Virus record (IMG/VR): IMGVR_UViG_3300049793_000366
Coordinates: 372,001 to 436,000 of that record
DNA: 64,000 nt
Direction: 5' to 3' (one strand)
Below are positions 37,122 to 46,207 of this stretch, piece by piece (the stretch's first letter is position 1; every line of letters begins with the position of its first letter). Made by a program: the position numbers and the translations under genes. A model generated the notes under the pieces. The model saw nothing but the letters and a program-made list of their open reading frames with translations, had not been told where the DNA came from and did not search any database.

Positions 37122-38324
37122 ATGGAAACAGTAAATTGTAGAATACTAAACAGAAGACTTCACGGAAAGTCTGCGTTCTTAGATGTGTTAGCGAATGGTC
37201 AACATTTACAAACATATCTTAACATAAATGAAGTTGAGAACTTCACTGAGTTGACAGAATTACCAATAGGTTCTTTCATTAGAATTAACGGGGAATACTT
37301 CACAACCAGAACTGGTCACTACACGTTGAGAATAGATAATGCTCATGTATTATTTATACCTAACAGAATACTACCAGTAGTTCAAGACGATGGTGAGAAT
37401 AGATTCAATGAAGTAACAAACGTTGAATCTATTAGAAGAAGAAGATACCTTCAAACGATATTGAATGCTGAGGAAAGGCAAACATTCGTTACAAGGTCAA
37501 GAGTTATAAATACAATAAGGAATTTCTTTATACAAAGAGATTACTTAGAAGTAGAAACTCCAATCTTACAACCAGTTTACGGTGGTGCTGAAGCTACACC
37601 ATTCGTAACAAGATTCGAATCACTTGATTCAGACTTCTATCTAAGGATAGCACCTGAATTATATTTGAGAAGAATGATAATTGGTGGGTATGATAGGGTG
37701 TTTGAGATTGGTAGAAACTTTAGAAATGAAGGACTATCTAACAGACATAACCCGGAGTTTACTTTCATTGAGGTGTATACCGCATTTGAAAATTATAACT
37801 TTAGTATGGATGTAGTAACTGAATTGTTTACAGAAATATTCAATCAGTTCGGTGAAGTTGAGTATCAGGGTAACAGAATTAATTTCTCTAACATAGAGAG
37901 AAGAAGTTACACTGAGTTAGTAGCTCAACACTGTAATGTTGATACCACAACATTAACAGATAATGAATTGGTAGCGTTGTTTGAAAATGAAGTTGAAGGT
38001 AATTTAATTAACCCAACTATTGTATATGATTACCCAGCTAGTGTAAGTCCTTTAGCGCAAGTTAGAGAAGATAACCCAAGCATAGCTGAACGTTTTGAAA
38101 TATATGTTGGTGGAATGGAAATTGGAAATGCATACTCTGAGTTGAACGATGTGAATAGACACATCGAGAACATTGGAACAGAAGATGCAGACTTCGTAGA
38201 GGCACTCGAATATGGAATGCCACCTACAACAGGAATAGGACTCGGTATAGATAGAATTGTAATGATTCTTACAAACCGAGCAATAAGAGACGTTATATTC
38301 TTCCCAGCGATGAGAAGAGCATAA
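37122..38324 (+). CDS. lysS: Lysyl-tRNA synthetase class II, shortened
   Basis: YGGAEATPF, YLRIAPELYL, FRNEG..RHNPEF, RFEIYVGGMEIGNAYSELND, YGMPPTTGIGLGIDR. Confidence 0.93.
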   Translation: METVNCRILNRRLHGKSAFLDVLANGQHLQTYLNINEVENFTELTELPIGSFIRINGEYFTTRTGHYTLRIDNAHVLFIPNRILPVVQDDGENRFNEVTNVESIRRRRYLQTILNAEERQTFVTRSRVINTIRNFFIQRDYLEVETPILQPVYGGAEATPFVTRFESLDSDFYLRIAPELYLRRMIIGGYDRVFEIGRNFRNEGLSNRHNPEFTFIEVYTAFENYNFSMDVVTELFTEIFNQFGEVEYQGNRINFSNIERRSYTELVAQHCNVDTTTLTDNELVALFENEVEGNLINPTIVYDYPASVSPLAQVREDNPSIAERFEIYVGGMEIGNAYSELNDVNRHIENIGTEDADFVEALEYGMPPTTGIGLGIDRIVMILTNRAIRDVIFFPAMRRA

Positions 38325-38331
38325 CAAAGAT

Positions 38332-38413
38332 ACATTCGCTCATTGGCGTGACCAGCCGGCTCCAACCCGGTAATGCGTAAGCGTGGTTGAGGGTTCGAAT
38401 CCCTACGAGTGTA
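38332..38413 (+). tRNA. tRNA-Trp(CCA)-like with long variable arm and reduced D arm
   Basis: ACATTCG/CGAGTGT, GCCGG-CTCCAAC-CCGGT, variable arm ATGC-GTAA-GCGT. Confidence 0.6.
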
Positions 38414-38493
38414 CAAAACCCGGAAACACAGGTTCGAATCCTGGGGCTTCATTGAAAGATGCGGCATAGTATAGTGGTAGTGCGCCGGGACTT
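38414..38493 (+). other. tRNA 3' half followed by a tRNA 5' half (permuted-tRNA-like)
   Basis: AAAACCCGG-AAAC-ACAGG-TTCGAAT-CCTG first, then TA-GTAT-AGTGGTA-GTGC-G-CCGGG-ACTT. Confidence 0.4.
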
Positions 38494-38578
38494 GGAAGAT
38501 TGGCAGAGTGGTTTATCGTCTTTGTTTGCTAAACAAATGGGTGTAACAGCCCCACAGGTTCGAATCCTGTATCTTCCG
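38494..38578 (+). tRNA. tRNA-Ser(GCU)
   Basis: GGAAGAT/ATCTTCC, G73, TTTGT-TTGCTAA-ACAAA, long variable arm. Confidence 0.9.
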
Positions 38579-38642
38579 CAAGCAATCAGTGTGGTAACGT
38601 ACTGATATAATTTTTATATATACTATAAAATGTATTATAAAA

Positions 38643-39383
38643 ATGGAATGTAATGTGTGTAGTAAATCTTTTAAAACCGAAAGTGGTTTTAAGAGCCATA
38701 CTAAGAAGTCATGTGATAAACATATAAATAAATGTAGAAATAAAAATTGCCCAAAGTGTGGTTTTAAGATAGCAAATAAAATAGAAAGTCACATAAACAT
38801 ATGTGATGGGTCTGGACCAAGAAGATTAAAAAAAAGAAGAGAAGGTGGGCATCAGTGGGCGAAGGGTAAAACATATGAAGAGCTTTTTGGAAAAGAGAAA
38901 GCACAAGAACGTATAGAAGAGCTTAAATTAAATTATAAAGAAAACCCAATCATTATAGATGATGATGTGGAACAAGAGAGAAGGAATAAGATAAGAATAA
39001 AGATAATTGAACGCTATGCTAATGGTTGGGAATCTACTGCTGGTCGATGTAAGAAGATTTCATATTTTAGTAATGTAGCAGGTAACATTAAAGTAGATGG
39101 TACTTGGGAATTATCAGTAGCAAAATACTTAGATAGCTTAGGTGTAAATTGGATTAGAAATAAAAAACGATTTAAATATTTCAACTCTATTAAAAATAGA
39201 ACATCAACTTATTGTCCTGATTTTTATGTAGAAGAATGGGGTTGTTTTATAGAAGTGAAGGGATATAAAACAGAACTCGATGATATAAAATGGGCAAACT
39301 TTAAAGACAAATTGGAAATTTGGGATAAAGATAAGTTAACGAGTTTAGGAATAGATATAAGATATAAAAAGAAAAGAGTATGA
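38643..39383 (+). mobile_element. Putative homing endonuclease, PD-(D/E)xK type with zinc-finger N-terminus
   Basis: YCPDFYV..WGCFIEVKGY; KGKTYEELFG repeat-like segment. Confidence 0.72.
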
Positions 39384-40102
39384 AAAAGTATTTAATAGGA
39401 ATTCAACCAACAGGAAAGATACATATTGGTAATTATCTTGGTTGCTTGAAGAAAGGGCTTGAGTTACAAGAGAAAGGTAACGATGTAACTTTTCTTATAG
39501 CTAACTATCATTCACTAACGACTGATAGCTATACTGATGAAACTGAGAAGGAATTGGTAAGACTTGGTTGTAAAAATGTGAAAAGACAAACACCTGAGTA
39601 CACTGAATTGTTTTTCAAACTATGTTGTAATATGAACTTAGGTACTCTTACTAAGATGCCTCAGTACAAAGACAAGAAAGAAACAGCTAAGTATGACATG
39701 GGTATATTACTATATCCAGTTCTTATGACGGCAGATATTATGATGAATGATCCTGACGTTGTAATTGTTGGTAAAGACCAAGTACCACATTTAGAATTGT
39801 GTAATGATATTTCTAAAAGAGTAGGTGGTAGAGAATATGCTTATGAGTTTGGTGATGTAGATAAGATTATGTCACTATCAGATCCAACTAAGAAGATGTC
39901 AAAATCTTTGGGTGATAATCATGTGATGTATGTATTCGATGATGATTACGAAAAGAAAATGAAGAAAGCCAATGCTAATGAAGATGGCTTAAATAATCTT
40001 AGAAAAATAGCTACGTGCCTTGATTTACCAGTAGATTCATACATAATGAACATTGATTTGAAAATGGCAATTGCTGATAAAATGAAAAAATTATTTAATT
40101 AA
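39380..40102 (+). CDS. trpS: Tryptophanyl-tRNA synthetase, 240 aa
   Basis: GIQPTGKIHIGNYLG, YPVLMTADI, VGKDQVPHLE, KMSKS. Confidence 0.92.
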   Translation: MKKYLIGIQPTGKIHIGNYLGCLKKGLELQEKGNDVTFLIANYHSLTTDSYTDETEKELVRLGCKNVKRQTPEYTELFFKLCCNMNLGTLTKMPQYKDKKETAKYDMGILLYPVLMTADIMMNDPDVVIVGKDQVPHLELCNDISKRVGGREYAYEFGDVDKIMSLSDPTKKMSKSLGDNHVMYVFDDDYEKKMKKANANEDGLNNLRKIATCLDLPVDSYIMNIDLKMAIADKMKKLFN

Positions 40103-40145
40103 TTTGCATAATAGACAAAACATAACTATATTTGCTTAATATATA
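40103..40145 (+). promoter_or_regulatory. Dual promoter
   Basis: TTTG 40103, TATATTTG 40127-40134, AATATATA 40138-40145. Confidence 0.75.
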
Positions 40146-40150
40146 ACAAT

Positions 40151-40219
40151 ATGAAAACAACAATGACAATAACAATTTCTCGCTCGCGTTCATCGCGTTC
40201 ACTACCTCTGGTGGTCTGA
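40151..40219 (+). CDS. Ser/Arg leader peptide MKTTMTITISRSRSSRSLPLVV
   Basis: SRSRSSRS core; all Ser codons TCN, all Arg codons CGY. Confidence 0.85.
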   Translation: MKTTMTITISRSRSSRSLPLVV

Positions 40220-40246
40220 GATTGTATTGTCTAATAAATAATACTT

Positions 40247-40278
40247 AACCCTTGGACTTCACTGTTCAAGGGTTTTTT
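40247..40278 (+). terminator. Attenuator terminator
   Basis: aacccttgga/ttcaagggtt + T tract; leader-end ggtctgag pairs with cttggact. Confidence 0.8.
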
Positions 40279-40292
40279 GTTATGTGTAAATT

Positions 40293-40379
40293 GGAAGAGT
40301 AAAGCGTAATTGGTATCGCCCCAGTCTTGAAAACTGGTATCGGGAAACTGGTGTGCAGGTTCGAGTCCTGTCTCTTCCG
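40293..40379 (+). tRNA. tRNA-Ser(UGA)
   Basis: GGAAGAG/CTCTTCC, CCAGT-CTTGAAA-ACTGG, long variable arm. Confidence 0.92.
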
Positions 40380-40384
40380 CAAAT

Positions 40385-40456
40385 GGTCGCATCGTCCAAC
40401 GGATAGGATAACATCTTGCGAAGGTGTTGATGAAGGTTCGAATCCTTCTGCGACTA
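40385..40456 (+). tRNA. tRNA-Arg(GCG)
   Basis: GGTCGCA/TGCGACT, ACATC-TTGCGAA-GGTGT. Confidence 0.85.
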
Positions 40457-40462
40457 CAATAA

Positions 40463-40552
40463 GAGTGGGTGACTGAGATAGGTTTAAGGTGACCGGGCAT
40501 GAAACCCCGGTGTCCCGTGAAGGGACCGTAGGTTCGAATCCTACTCCACTTT
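40463..40552 (+). tRNA. Ser-like type II tRNA with an 8-nt anticodon loop CATGAAAC
   Basis: GAGTGGG/TCCACTT, ACCGGG/CCCGGT stem, variable arm GTCCC-GTGAA-GGGAC. Confidence 0.6.
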
Positions 40553-40561
40553 TATTAATTA

Positions 40562-40646
40562 GGAAGTTTGGTAGAGTGGCCGATTGCGGTAGTCTTGAAA
40601 ACTACTGAGGGTAATACCTCCGAGAGTTCGAATCTCTCAGCTTCCT
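40562..40646 (+). tRNA. tRNA-Ser(UGA)
   Basis: GGAAGTT/AGCTTCC, GTAGT-CTTGAAA-ACTAC; U73. Confidence 0.88.
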
Positions 40647-40651
40647 CAAAT

Positions 40652-40725
40652 GCACACGTAGCTCAACTGGATAGAGTATCTGACTACGAATCAGAAGGTT
40701 GTAGGTTCGAATCCTACCGAGTGTA
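40652..40725 (+). tRNA. tRNA-Arg(ACG)
   Basis: TCTGA-CTACGAA-TCAGA. Confidence 0.9.
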
Positions 40726-40730
40726 CTAAT

Positions 40731-40807
40731 GCCTTAGTAATGGCCACCGCTTCGAACGGTGAGACGCATAACGGATGAAAATGCAGGTTCGAATCCTGTC
40801 TAAGGCT
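40731..40807 (+). tRNA. D-armless tRNA-Arg(UCG)-like RNA with long variable region
   Basis: Perfect GCCTTAG/CTAAGGC, only TA-ATGGC before CACCG-CTTCGAA-CGGTG, canonical T arm. Confidence 0.6.
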
Positions 40808-40812
40808 CAACT

Positions 40813-40898
40813 GGAAAGGTACCCAAGTGGACTAAGGGGACTGCTTGGAAAGCAGTTAGGATGTAACAGTCGCAAGAGTTCGAATCTCTTTCTTTCCG
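40813..40898 (+). tRNA. tRNA-Ser(GGA)
   Basis: GGAAAGG/TCTTTCC, ACTGC-TTGGAAA-GCAGT, long variable arm. Confidence 0.9.
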
Positions 40899-41010
40899 CA
40901 CTGGGCGCAAGCGGGTTCAAACACCGCCTTTGGAGATAGCTACCAATGAAGCATTTGTGGTGATGCGGCTCAATTTATTTATTATTTAAAATTTATCCGT
41001 ATATTTAACT

Positions 41011-42282
41011 ATGCTACAACTAAACTACATTCGAGAAAATAAAGACGAAGTTATTAAACGTCTTGCTATTAAAAATTTAATAGATGCTGATGTCACAATC
41101 AATACACTTATTGATAAAGACAATGAGCGAAAAAGAATTAAGAAGGAAGGTGATGATACCAGAGGTGAACTTAATGCAATCACTGATACTATTCGTGATT
41201 TAGTAAAAGCTGGTAGGAAAGATGAAATAGCAAATGAGAAAGAGAAGACCACTAAGCTTAAACTAAAATTAGAAATGCTTGATGAAGCATTTAAGTTAAT
41301 AGATAGTGATATCTATGAAACACTAATTCGCCTACCAAACATTGCACACGAAAGTGTACCGAAAGGAAAAACACCAGAGGATAATGATATTATTTATGAG
41401 TATGGTGAAAAGCCAACTCTATACGATGGTGCTAAACCACATTGGGATTTAACTACAAAGTATAATCTGATTGACTTCGAATTAGGTGTTAAGATAGCTG
41501 GTGCTGGATTCCCTGTTTATAAAGACAAAGGAGCAAAATTACAAAGAGCTTTGATAAATTATTTTCTTGATAAAGCAACAGAGAATGGTTACATCGAAGT
41601 ACAACCACCAATTGTAGTAAATGAACAAAGTGGTTTTGGTACTGGTCAACTACCAGACAAAGAAGGTCAGATGTATCACATTGGTGAAGATAAGTTATAT
41701 TTAATACCAACTGCTGAAGTTCCTATTACAAATATCTATCGCGATGTTATATTAAACGAAGATGAATTACCAATTAAGAATTGTGGTTATACACCATGTT
41801 TCAGAAGAGAAGCGGGTAGTTATGGTAAAGATGTAAGAGGGTTAAATCGTTTACATCAATTTGATAAAGTAGAAATTGTACAAGTAGTTAAGCCAGAAAA
41901 TAGCTATCTTGCACTAGAAGAAATGCGCGAGTATGTAGCTCAGTTATTGAGAGAATTAGAACTACCATTTAGAACATTGAAATTATGTGGTGGTGACATG
42001 AGCTTCGCGAGTGCATTGACATATGATATGGAAGTATGGAGTGCGGCACAAGAAAAATGGTTAGAAGTAAGTAGTGTGAGTAACTTTGAAACATTTCAAA
42101 CAAATAGATTGAAGTGTAGATATAGAACAACAGATGGTAATAAATTACCACATACGTTAAATGGTAGTGCGTTAGCCTTACCAAGAATCGTAGCCGCTAT
42201 ACTTGAGAATAACCAAACAGAAGCGGGTATAAAAGTACCCAAAGTGCTAATACCATATACCAGATTTGAACTTATAAACTAA
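41011..42282 (+). CDS. serS: Seryl-tRNA synthetase, Bacteroidota-like
   Basis: GTGQLPDKEGQMY, LIPTAEVP, CFRREAGS, HQFDKVE, EVSSVSN, HTLNGSALALPR. Confidence 0.96.
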   Translation: MLQLNYIRENKDEVIKRLAIKNLIDADVTINTLIDKDNERKRIKKEGDDTRGELNAITDTIRDLVKAGRKDEIANEKEKTTKLKLKLEMLDEAFKLIDSDIYETLIRLPNIAHESVPKGKTPEDNDIIYEYGEKPTLYDGAKPHWDLTTKYNLIDFELGVKIAGAGFPVYKDKGAKLQRALINYFLDKATENGYIEVQPPIVVNEQSGFGTGQLPDKEGQMYHIGEDKLYLIPTAEVPITNIYRDVILNEDELPIKNCGYTPCFRREAGSYGKDVRGLNRLHQFDKVEIVQVVKPENSYLALEEMREYVAQLLRELELPFRTLKLCGGDMSFASALTYDMEVWSAAQEKWLEVSSVSNFETFQTNRLKCRYRTTDGNKLPHTLNGSALALPRIVAAILENNQTEAGIKVPKVLIPYTRFELIN

Positions 42283-42308
42283 GGTATAAACTTTGTATTA
42301 TTTTTAAA

Positions 42309-42770
42309 ATGGATATAGTAACTGATAATCTTTTACTGGTTGATGATAGTGAATCAGACCAAGAGCTAATAAGAAGGGCTTTTGAAACGCTGGAAATTTC
42401 AAATGAACTTATCATAATAGGTAATGCTCCTGATGCGCTAAAATATCTAAGAAGAACAAGTGTTCAACCAATGTTAATAATATGTGACATGGATATGCCA
42501 GGTATGTCTGGTTTAGACTTAAAGAGAGAAATACACAATGACTTAGAATTAAGAAAGAAGTGTATACCATTTATATTTATAACTGGTGGTGAGTCAGAAG
42601 AAACTATTAATAATGCCTTCTTTGAGTACTGTGTTCAGGGATATTTTCCAAAGTGTAATAATTTCGAAGACACTGTTAAAATGTTAGAGCTTATTATAAA
42701 TTATTGGTCAGCCTGTAGATTCCCACATAATACTTTCAATTTGATTAAGAGGGGAAAACAACATAGGTAG
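42309..42770 (+). CDS. Stand-alone response regulator receiver
   Basis: LLVDDSE, IICDMDMPGMSG (phospho-Asp), FIT, conserved Lys in YFPK. Confidence 0.88.
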   Translation: MDIVTDNLLLVDDSESDQELIRRAFETLEISNELIIIGNAPDALKYLRRTSVQPMLIICDMDMPGMSGLDLKREIHNDLELRKKCIPFIFITGGESEETINNAFFEYCVQGYFPKCNNFEDTVKMLELIINYWSACRFPHNTFNLIKRGKQHR

Positions 42771-42787
42771 TTTTATATATAACCTAT

Positions 42788-43015
42788 ATGAAAACATTTA
42801 CAGATAAGCTAAACGAATCTATATCACTACCAGAGAAAAATGGTTGGTATTGGGTATTAATAAATGGGTATGAACAACCAACACCTTGTTGGTATTCACA
42901 TGATGAAGATGGTGGTTACTTTCTTCCTGGTGGAATGGGTGACTCAAGTAGTATGGGCTTATTTGTTGATGATATAGCTAAAGTTGGTCCAGAGATAATC
43001 GTACCTGAATTTTAA
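42788..43015 (+). CDS. Small hypothetical protein, MKTFTDKLNES N-terminus
   Basis: TATATA upstream. Confidence 0.55.
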   Translation: MKTFTDKLNESISLPEKNGWYWVLINGYEQPTPCWYSHDEDGGYFLPGGMGDSSSMGLFVDDIAKVGPEIIVPEF

Positions 43016-43019
43016 ACTA

Positions 43020-43051
43020 TTTGCAAATTAGAAATATAATCCGTATCATTG
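43020..43051 (+). promoter_or_regulatory. Bacteroidota-type promoter
   Basis: TTTG 43020-43023, TATCATTG 43044-43051. Confidence 0.6.
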
Positions 43052-43055
43052 CACT

Positions 43056-43124
43056 ATGAAAACATTAAACATCAATACTCATTTTCACTTTCACTTCGAA
43101 AACCTCGAACTGGGAGTCCATTGA
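43056..43124 (+). CDS. His/Phe leader peptide MKTLNINTHFHFHFENLELGVH
   Basis: HFHFHF directly before a terminator, hisS and pheS. Confidence 0.9.
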   Translation: MKTLNINTHFHFHFENLELGVH

Positions 43125-43151
43125 TATTGATATAACTATATAATCATTATG

Positions 43152-43179
43152 AAGCCCAGACGAGAATCTGGGCTTTTTT
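43152..43179 (+). terminator. Attenuator terminator of hisS-pheS
   Basis: aagcccaga/tctgggctt + T tract; leader ctcgaactggg pairs with cccagacgag. Confidence 0.85.
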
Positions 43180-43216
43180 ATTTGCAAAAATTTAAACAAA
43201 ATAAAACAAAGAAATC

Positions 43217-43852
43217 ATGGAAATTAAATTAGAATCAACTTACAAAGGAACAAGAATACTATTCGCTGAAACTGCGAAAACAAAAAGAACAATCATTAAC
43301 AAGATGATTGAAATACTTGAATCATATGGCTATCAAGAAATGATGATACCAATTATTCAAAAGCAAGATACTTTTAAATCTAAAGTAGGTGCTGAAAACC
43401 AAAAGATGATGTACACCTTCAAAGATATGGGTGACAGAGATTTGTGTTTAGCACCAGAGTATACCGCGGTTATTCAACAACTTGCTAAAGAAAAGTTTAA
43501 ATTCAACAAAGATGTTAAGCTATTTTATGTAGCTGAGTGTTTCAGAGGTGAGAACACACAAGCTGGTCGATTTAGACAGTTCACTCAATTTGGTGTTGAG
43601 GTGATAAACCCAAGAGAAGACTACTCTGATGAAATGTTAGAGATAGCAAAAAAGTTAATTGAAATATGTACTGATAACTATGAAGTGAATACTGACGCGA
43701 CCAGAGGCTTAGACTACTATAAAGGTGGTAAGGGCTTCGAGATTGGTTGCCCAGAGTTGGGATCCTCTAAGCAAGTATGTGGTGGTGGTTCTTATGAAGG
43801 TGGTATCGGATTCGCTATCGGTGTTGACCGAATACTAATACTTAAAAAATAA
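43217..43852 (+). CDS. hisS: Histidyl-tRNA synthetase, catalytic domain only (211 aa)
   Basis: LCLAPEYT, FRGENTQAGRFRQFTQFGVE, RGLDYY, GGGSY, GFAIGVDR, then stop. Confidence 0.88.
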   Translation: MEIKLESTYKGTRILFAETAKTKRTIINKMIEILESYGYQEMMIPIIQKQDTFKSKVGAENQKMMYTFKDMGDRDLCLAPEYTAVIQQLAKEKFKFNKDVKLFYVAECFRGENTQAGRFRQFTQFGVEVINPREDYSDEMLEIAKKLIEICTDNYEVNTDATRGLDYYKGGKGFEIGCPELGSSKQVCGGGSYEGGIGFAIGVDRILILKK

Positions 43853-43860
43853 AACAGTTT

Positions 43861-44961
43861 ATGAAATATTTAAATAAAGAAGAAATAGAAAAAACTCTTT
43901 CTCTTAAAGACTTAACAGAAGATACACATCACGCCATCGGTATGATGGTAAGTGAAATAAAAAATGCTTTAGAATCCAAATATGGATTAGAAGCTAATGA
44001 AATAAGAACATCACCTATTGTTGATGTTAAAGATAACTATGATAGATTGTATTATCCACAAGACACGATTACCAAATCAAGTAGGTATACTCGTTGGATT
44101 GATGATAATACAATTCTACGTACACAAATGACTGCTTGTATACCAAATGCTTTGAGTAAGTTAAATACAAATGATTCTCTCATGTTGTGTCCTGGTATGG
44201 TATATCGTCGTGATGTTGTAGATAAAACTCACGTTGGTGAACCGCATCAAATGGATGTATGGCGAGTAACAAAAGACAAAGTGTATAACAGGCAGGATCT
44301 ACTTGAATTGGTAGAAACTATTATAAATGTTGTATTACCTGGTGTTCAGTGGCGCTATAATGAAACTTCGCACTACTACACCAAAGATGGTATTGAAGTA
44401 GAAGTTTATGTAAATGATAACTGGTTAGAGATTCTTGAGTGTGGTTTAGCTCTACCTGAGCTTTTAAGCGACTCTGGGTTAAATCCTGATACTTGGTCAG
44501 GCTTAGCGTTAGGAATTGGCTTAGATAGAGCTGTAATGCTTAGAAAGGGTATAGCTGATATTCGGATATTAAGAAGTGATAATCCGAAAATATCTAAGCA
44601 AATGTCCACATTATTAAATTATATTTCCGTATCTTCACAACCACAAATAAAAAGAGACTTATCGATTGCGGTTGATAGTGATGTTAATAATGAAGATTTG
44701 GGTGATATTATACGAAATTTGATGGGTGATGAAGTAAAAATCATCGAACAAGTGGTTATTATATCTGAAACCAAATATGAAGATTTATTAGAACACGTAA
44801 GAGAAAGACTTGGTATGACTGACAATATGAAAAATATACTACTTAGAGTTATAATATGCCCTCTCGATAAAGCTATGACTAAGACTGAAGCTAATGAGAT
44901 TTATACTCATTTATATAGTAAATTACATCAGGGAAATATTGGGTACACAATTAATATATAG
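43861..44961 (+). CDS. pheS: Monomeric phenylalanyl-tRNA synthetase (alpha catalytic domain fused to anticodon-binding FDX-ACB domain)
   Basis: LRTQMT, YRRDVVDKTH...HQMD, WLEILECG, ALGIGLDRAVML..GIADIR; C-terminal RDLSIAV. Confidence 0.88.
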   Translation: MKYLNKEEIEKTLSLKDLTEDTHHAIGMMVSEIKNALESKYGLEANEIRTSPIVDVKDNYDRLYYPQDTITKSSRYTRWIDDNTILRTQMTACIPNALSKLNTNDSLMLCPGMVYRRDVVDKTHVGEPHQMDVWRVTKDKVYNRQDLLELVETIINVVLPGVQWRYNETSHYYTKDGIEVEVYVNDNWLEILECGLALPELLSDSGLNPDTWSGLALGIGLDRAVMLRKGIADIRILRSDNPKISKQMSTLLNYISVSSQPQIKRDLSIAVDSDVNNEDLGDIIRNLMGDEVKIIEQVVIISETKYEDLLEHVRERLGMTDNMKNILLRVIICPLDKAMTKTEANEIYTHLYSKLHQGNIGYTINI

Positions 44962-44964
44962 TAA

Positions 44965-45828
44965 ATGAAACATCTTAAGAAATTTGAAGCACATCAGAGA
45001 AAGTATGATACAATACAAGGTAAAGACATCGCTGAATGTTTTTATGAATTTATAGAAGATTTCGGTGGTTCAATAGACACAAGAAGGAGTGATCCTTTCG
45101 GTGATACTGGTTACTTCGATAACGCATCTATATATGGTGCTAAAAATTGTCAAATAGATATTAATAAAACATGGTTTGCTAACACCTACTGCTATCATTT
45201 TTCATATAGAAATTCTGGTAGTAGTTATAGAGGTGATTTACCTAATGGCTATTATAAAAATTTTGATGGTGTTAATGGTGAATATAAAACAGCTCTTGAG
45301 AAAGGTACAAAAAGAGCAATGTCACTACTTGATATCGATGCATCAAGAGTACATATCGGTTCATTCTCAGCACATGGTGGACAGTTAGATATAATGTTCT
45401 TCCCAAATGAAAGCAATCCATCATTCAAAGAATACAAAGATGTTGAATTATACGGATGTAATGCTATTGTTGAGTTAGATAAGCTGGGATATTATTTACA
45501 GTGTAATCTTATTAGACACAATAATATGTTCCAGGTTTATAATTTAAATCATCAGATACAATCTATGCCATGTATCATTGGTTATATTGATTGTTATTAT
45601 GCTTACTTCAATTCACTGTTTGCTTTTGATGATGAAGAGAAATTAGCAAGTAAGAAACCATTTGAGAAATGGATGATGAAATTATGGGAAGATGTTTGTA
45701 AGAAGGTTGGTATTACTAAGAATTTTCAAAGGATATTTAAACACTACAAAATAACAACGCCACAATTTATGCGTTATATAGCAGACCATCAAGATACATT
45801 TGATGCTAAACAATTTTCAGGCAAATAA
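44965..45828 (+). CDS. Hypothetical protein, MKHLKKFEA N-terminus
   Basis: AATATATA upstream. Confidence 0.6.
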   Translation: MKHLKKFEAHQRKYDTIQGKDIAECFYEFIEDFGGSIDTRRSDPFGDTGYFDNASIYGAKNCQIDINKTWFANTYCYHFSYRNSGSSYRGDLPNGYYKNFDGVNGEYKTALEKGTKRAMSLLDIDASRVHIGSFSAHGGQLDIMFFPNESNPSFKEYKDVELYGCNAIVELDKLGYYLQCNLIRHNNMFQVYNLNHQIQSMPCIIGYIDCYYAYFNSLFAFDDEEKLASKKPFEKWMMKLWEDVCKKVGITKNFQRIFKHYKITTPQFMRYIADHQDTFDAKQFSGK

Positions 45829-46201
45829 ACTTAATAGTTACTTTACTGTTTTGAATTGTTGTTTTGAAATATTTTAGTAATTCAGTTAGCGAAACACCTA
45901 TTTCGGATGGCTTACCAGATAAATCTGGGTAATGTATATAAACTGTATCAGATGAATCCTTTTCAAAGGCTAATGCATTACCATTCCACTTAACCACATT
46001 TAGTCCATGTCCACACGCTAATACTTTTTTAATAGATGATTCAATTTCAGCTATAACATCAGAATCAATTGTTAGTTCACCTTCATAGAATAATCTACCT
46101 TCTTCTTCCCAGAATGAAAATCCGATATCAACTAGATTCTGAATCGATGATTCGATATCAGTATTACTTTCAAACTTTTCAAACTTCTTTAAATATTTCA
46201 T
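45806..46201 (-). CDS. Hypothetical protein, MKYLKKFEK N-terminus
   Basis: 131 aa. Confidence 0.6.
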   Translation of the reverse strand: MKYLKKFEKFESNTDIESSIQNLVDIGFSFWEEEGRLFYEGELTIDSDVIAEIESSIKKVLACGHGLNVVKWNGNALAFEKDSSDTVYIHYPDLSGKPSEIGVSLTELLKYFKTTIQNSKVTIKFICLKIV

Positions 46202-46207
46202 TAAATA

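Noticed and set aside
40901-40975. Extra tRNA or ncRNA before serS
   Set aside because: Some short helices, but no cloverleaf or strong closing stem.
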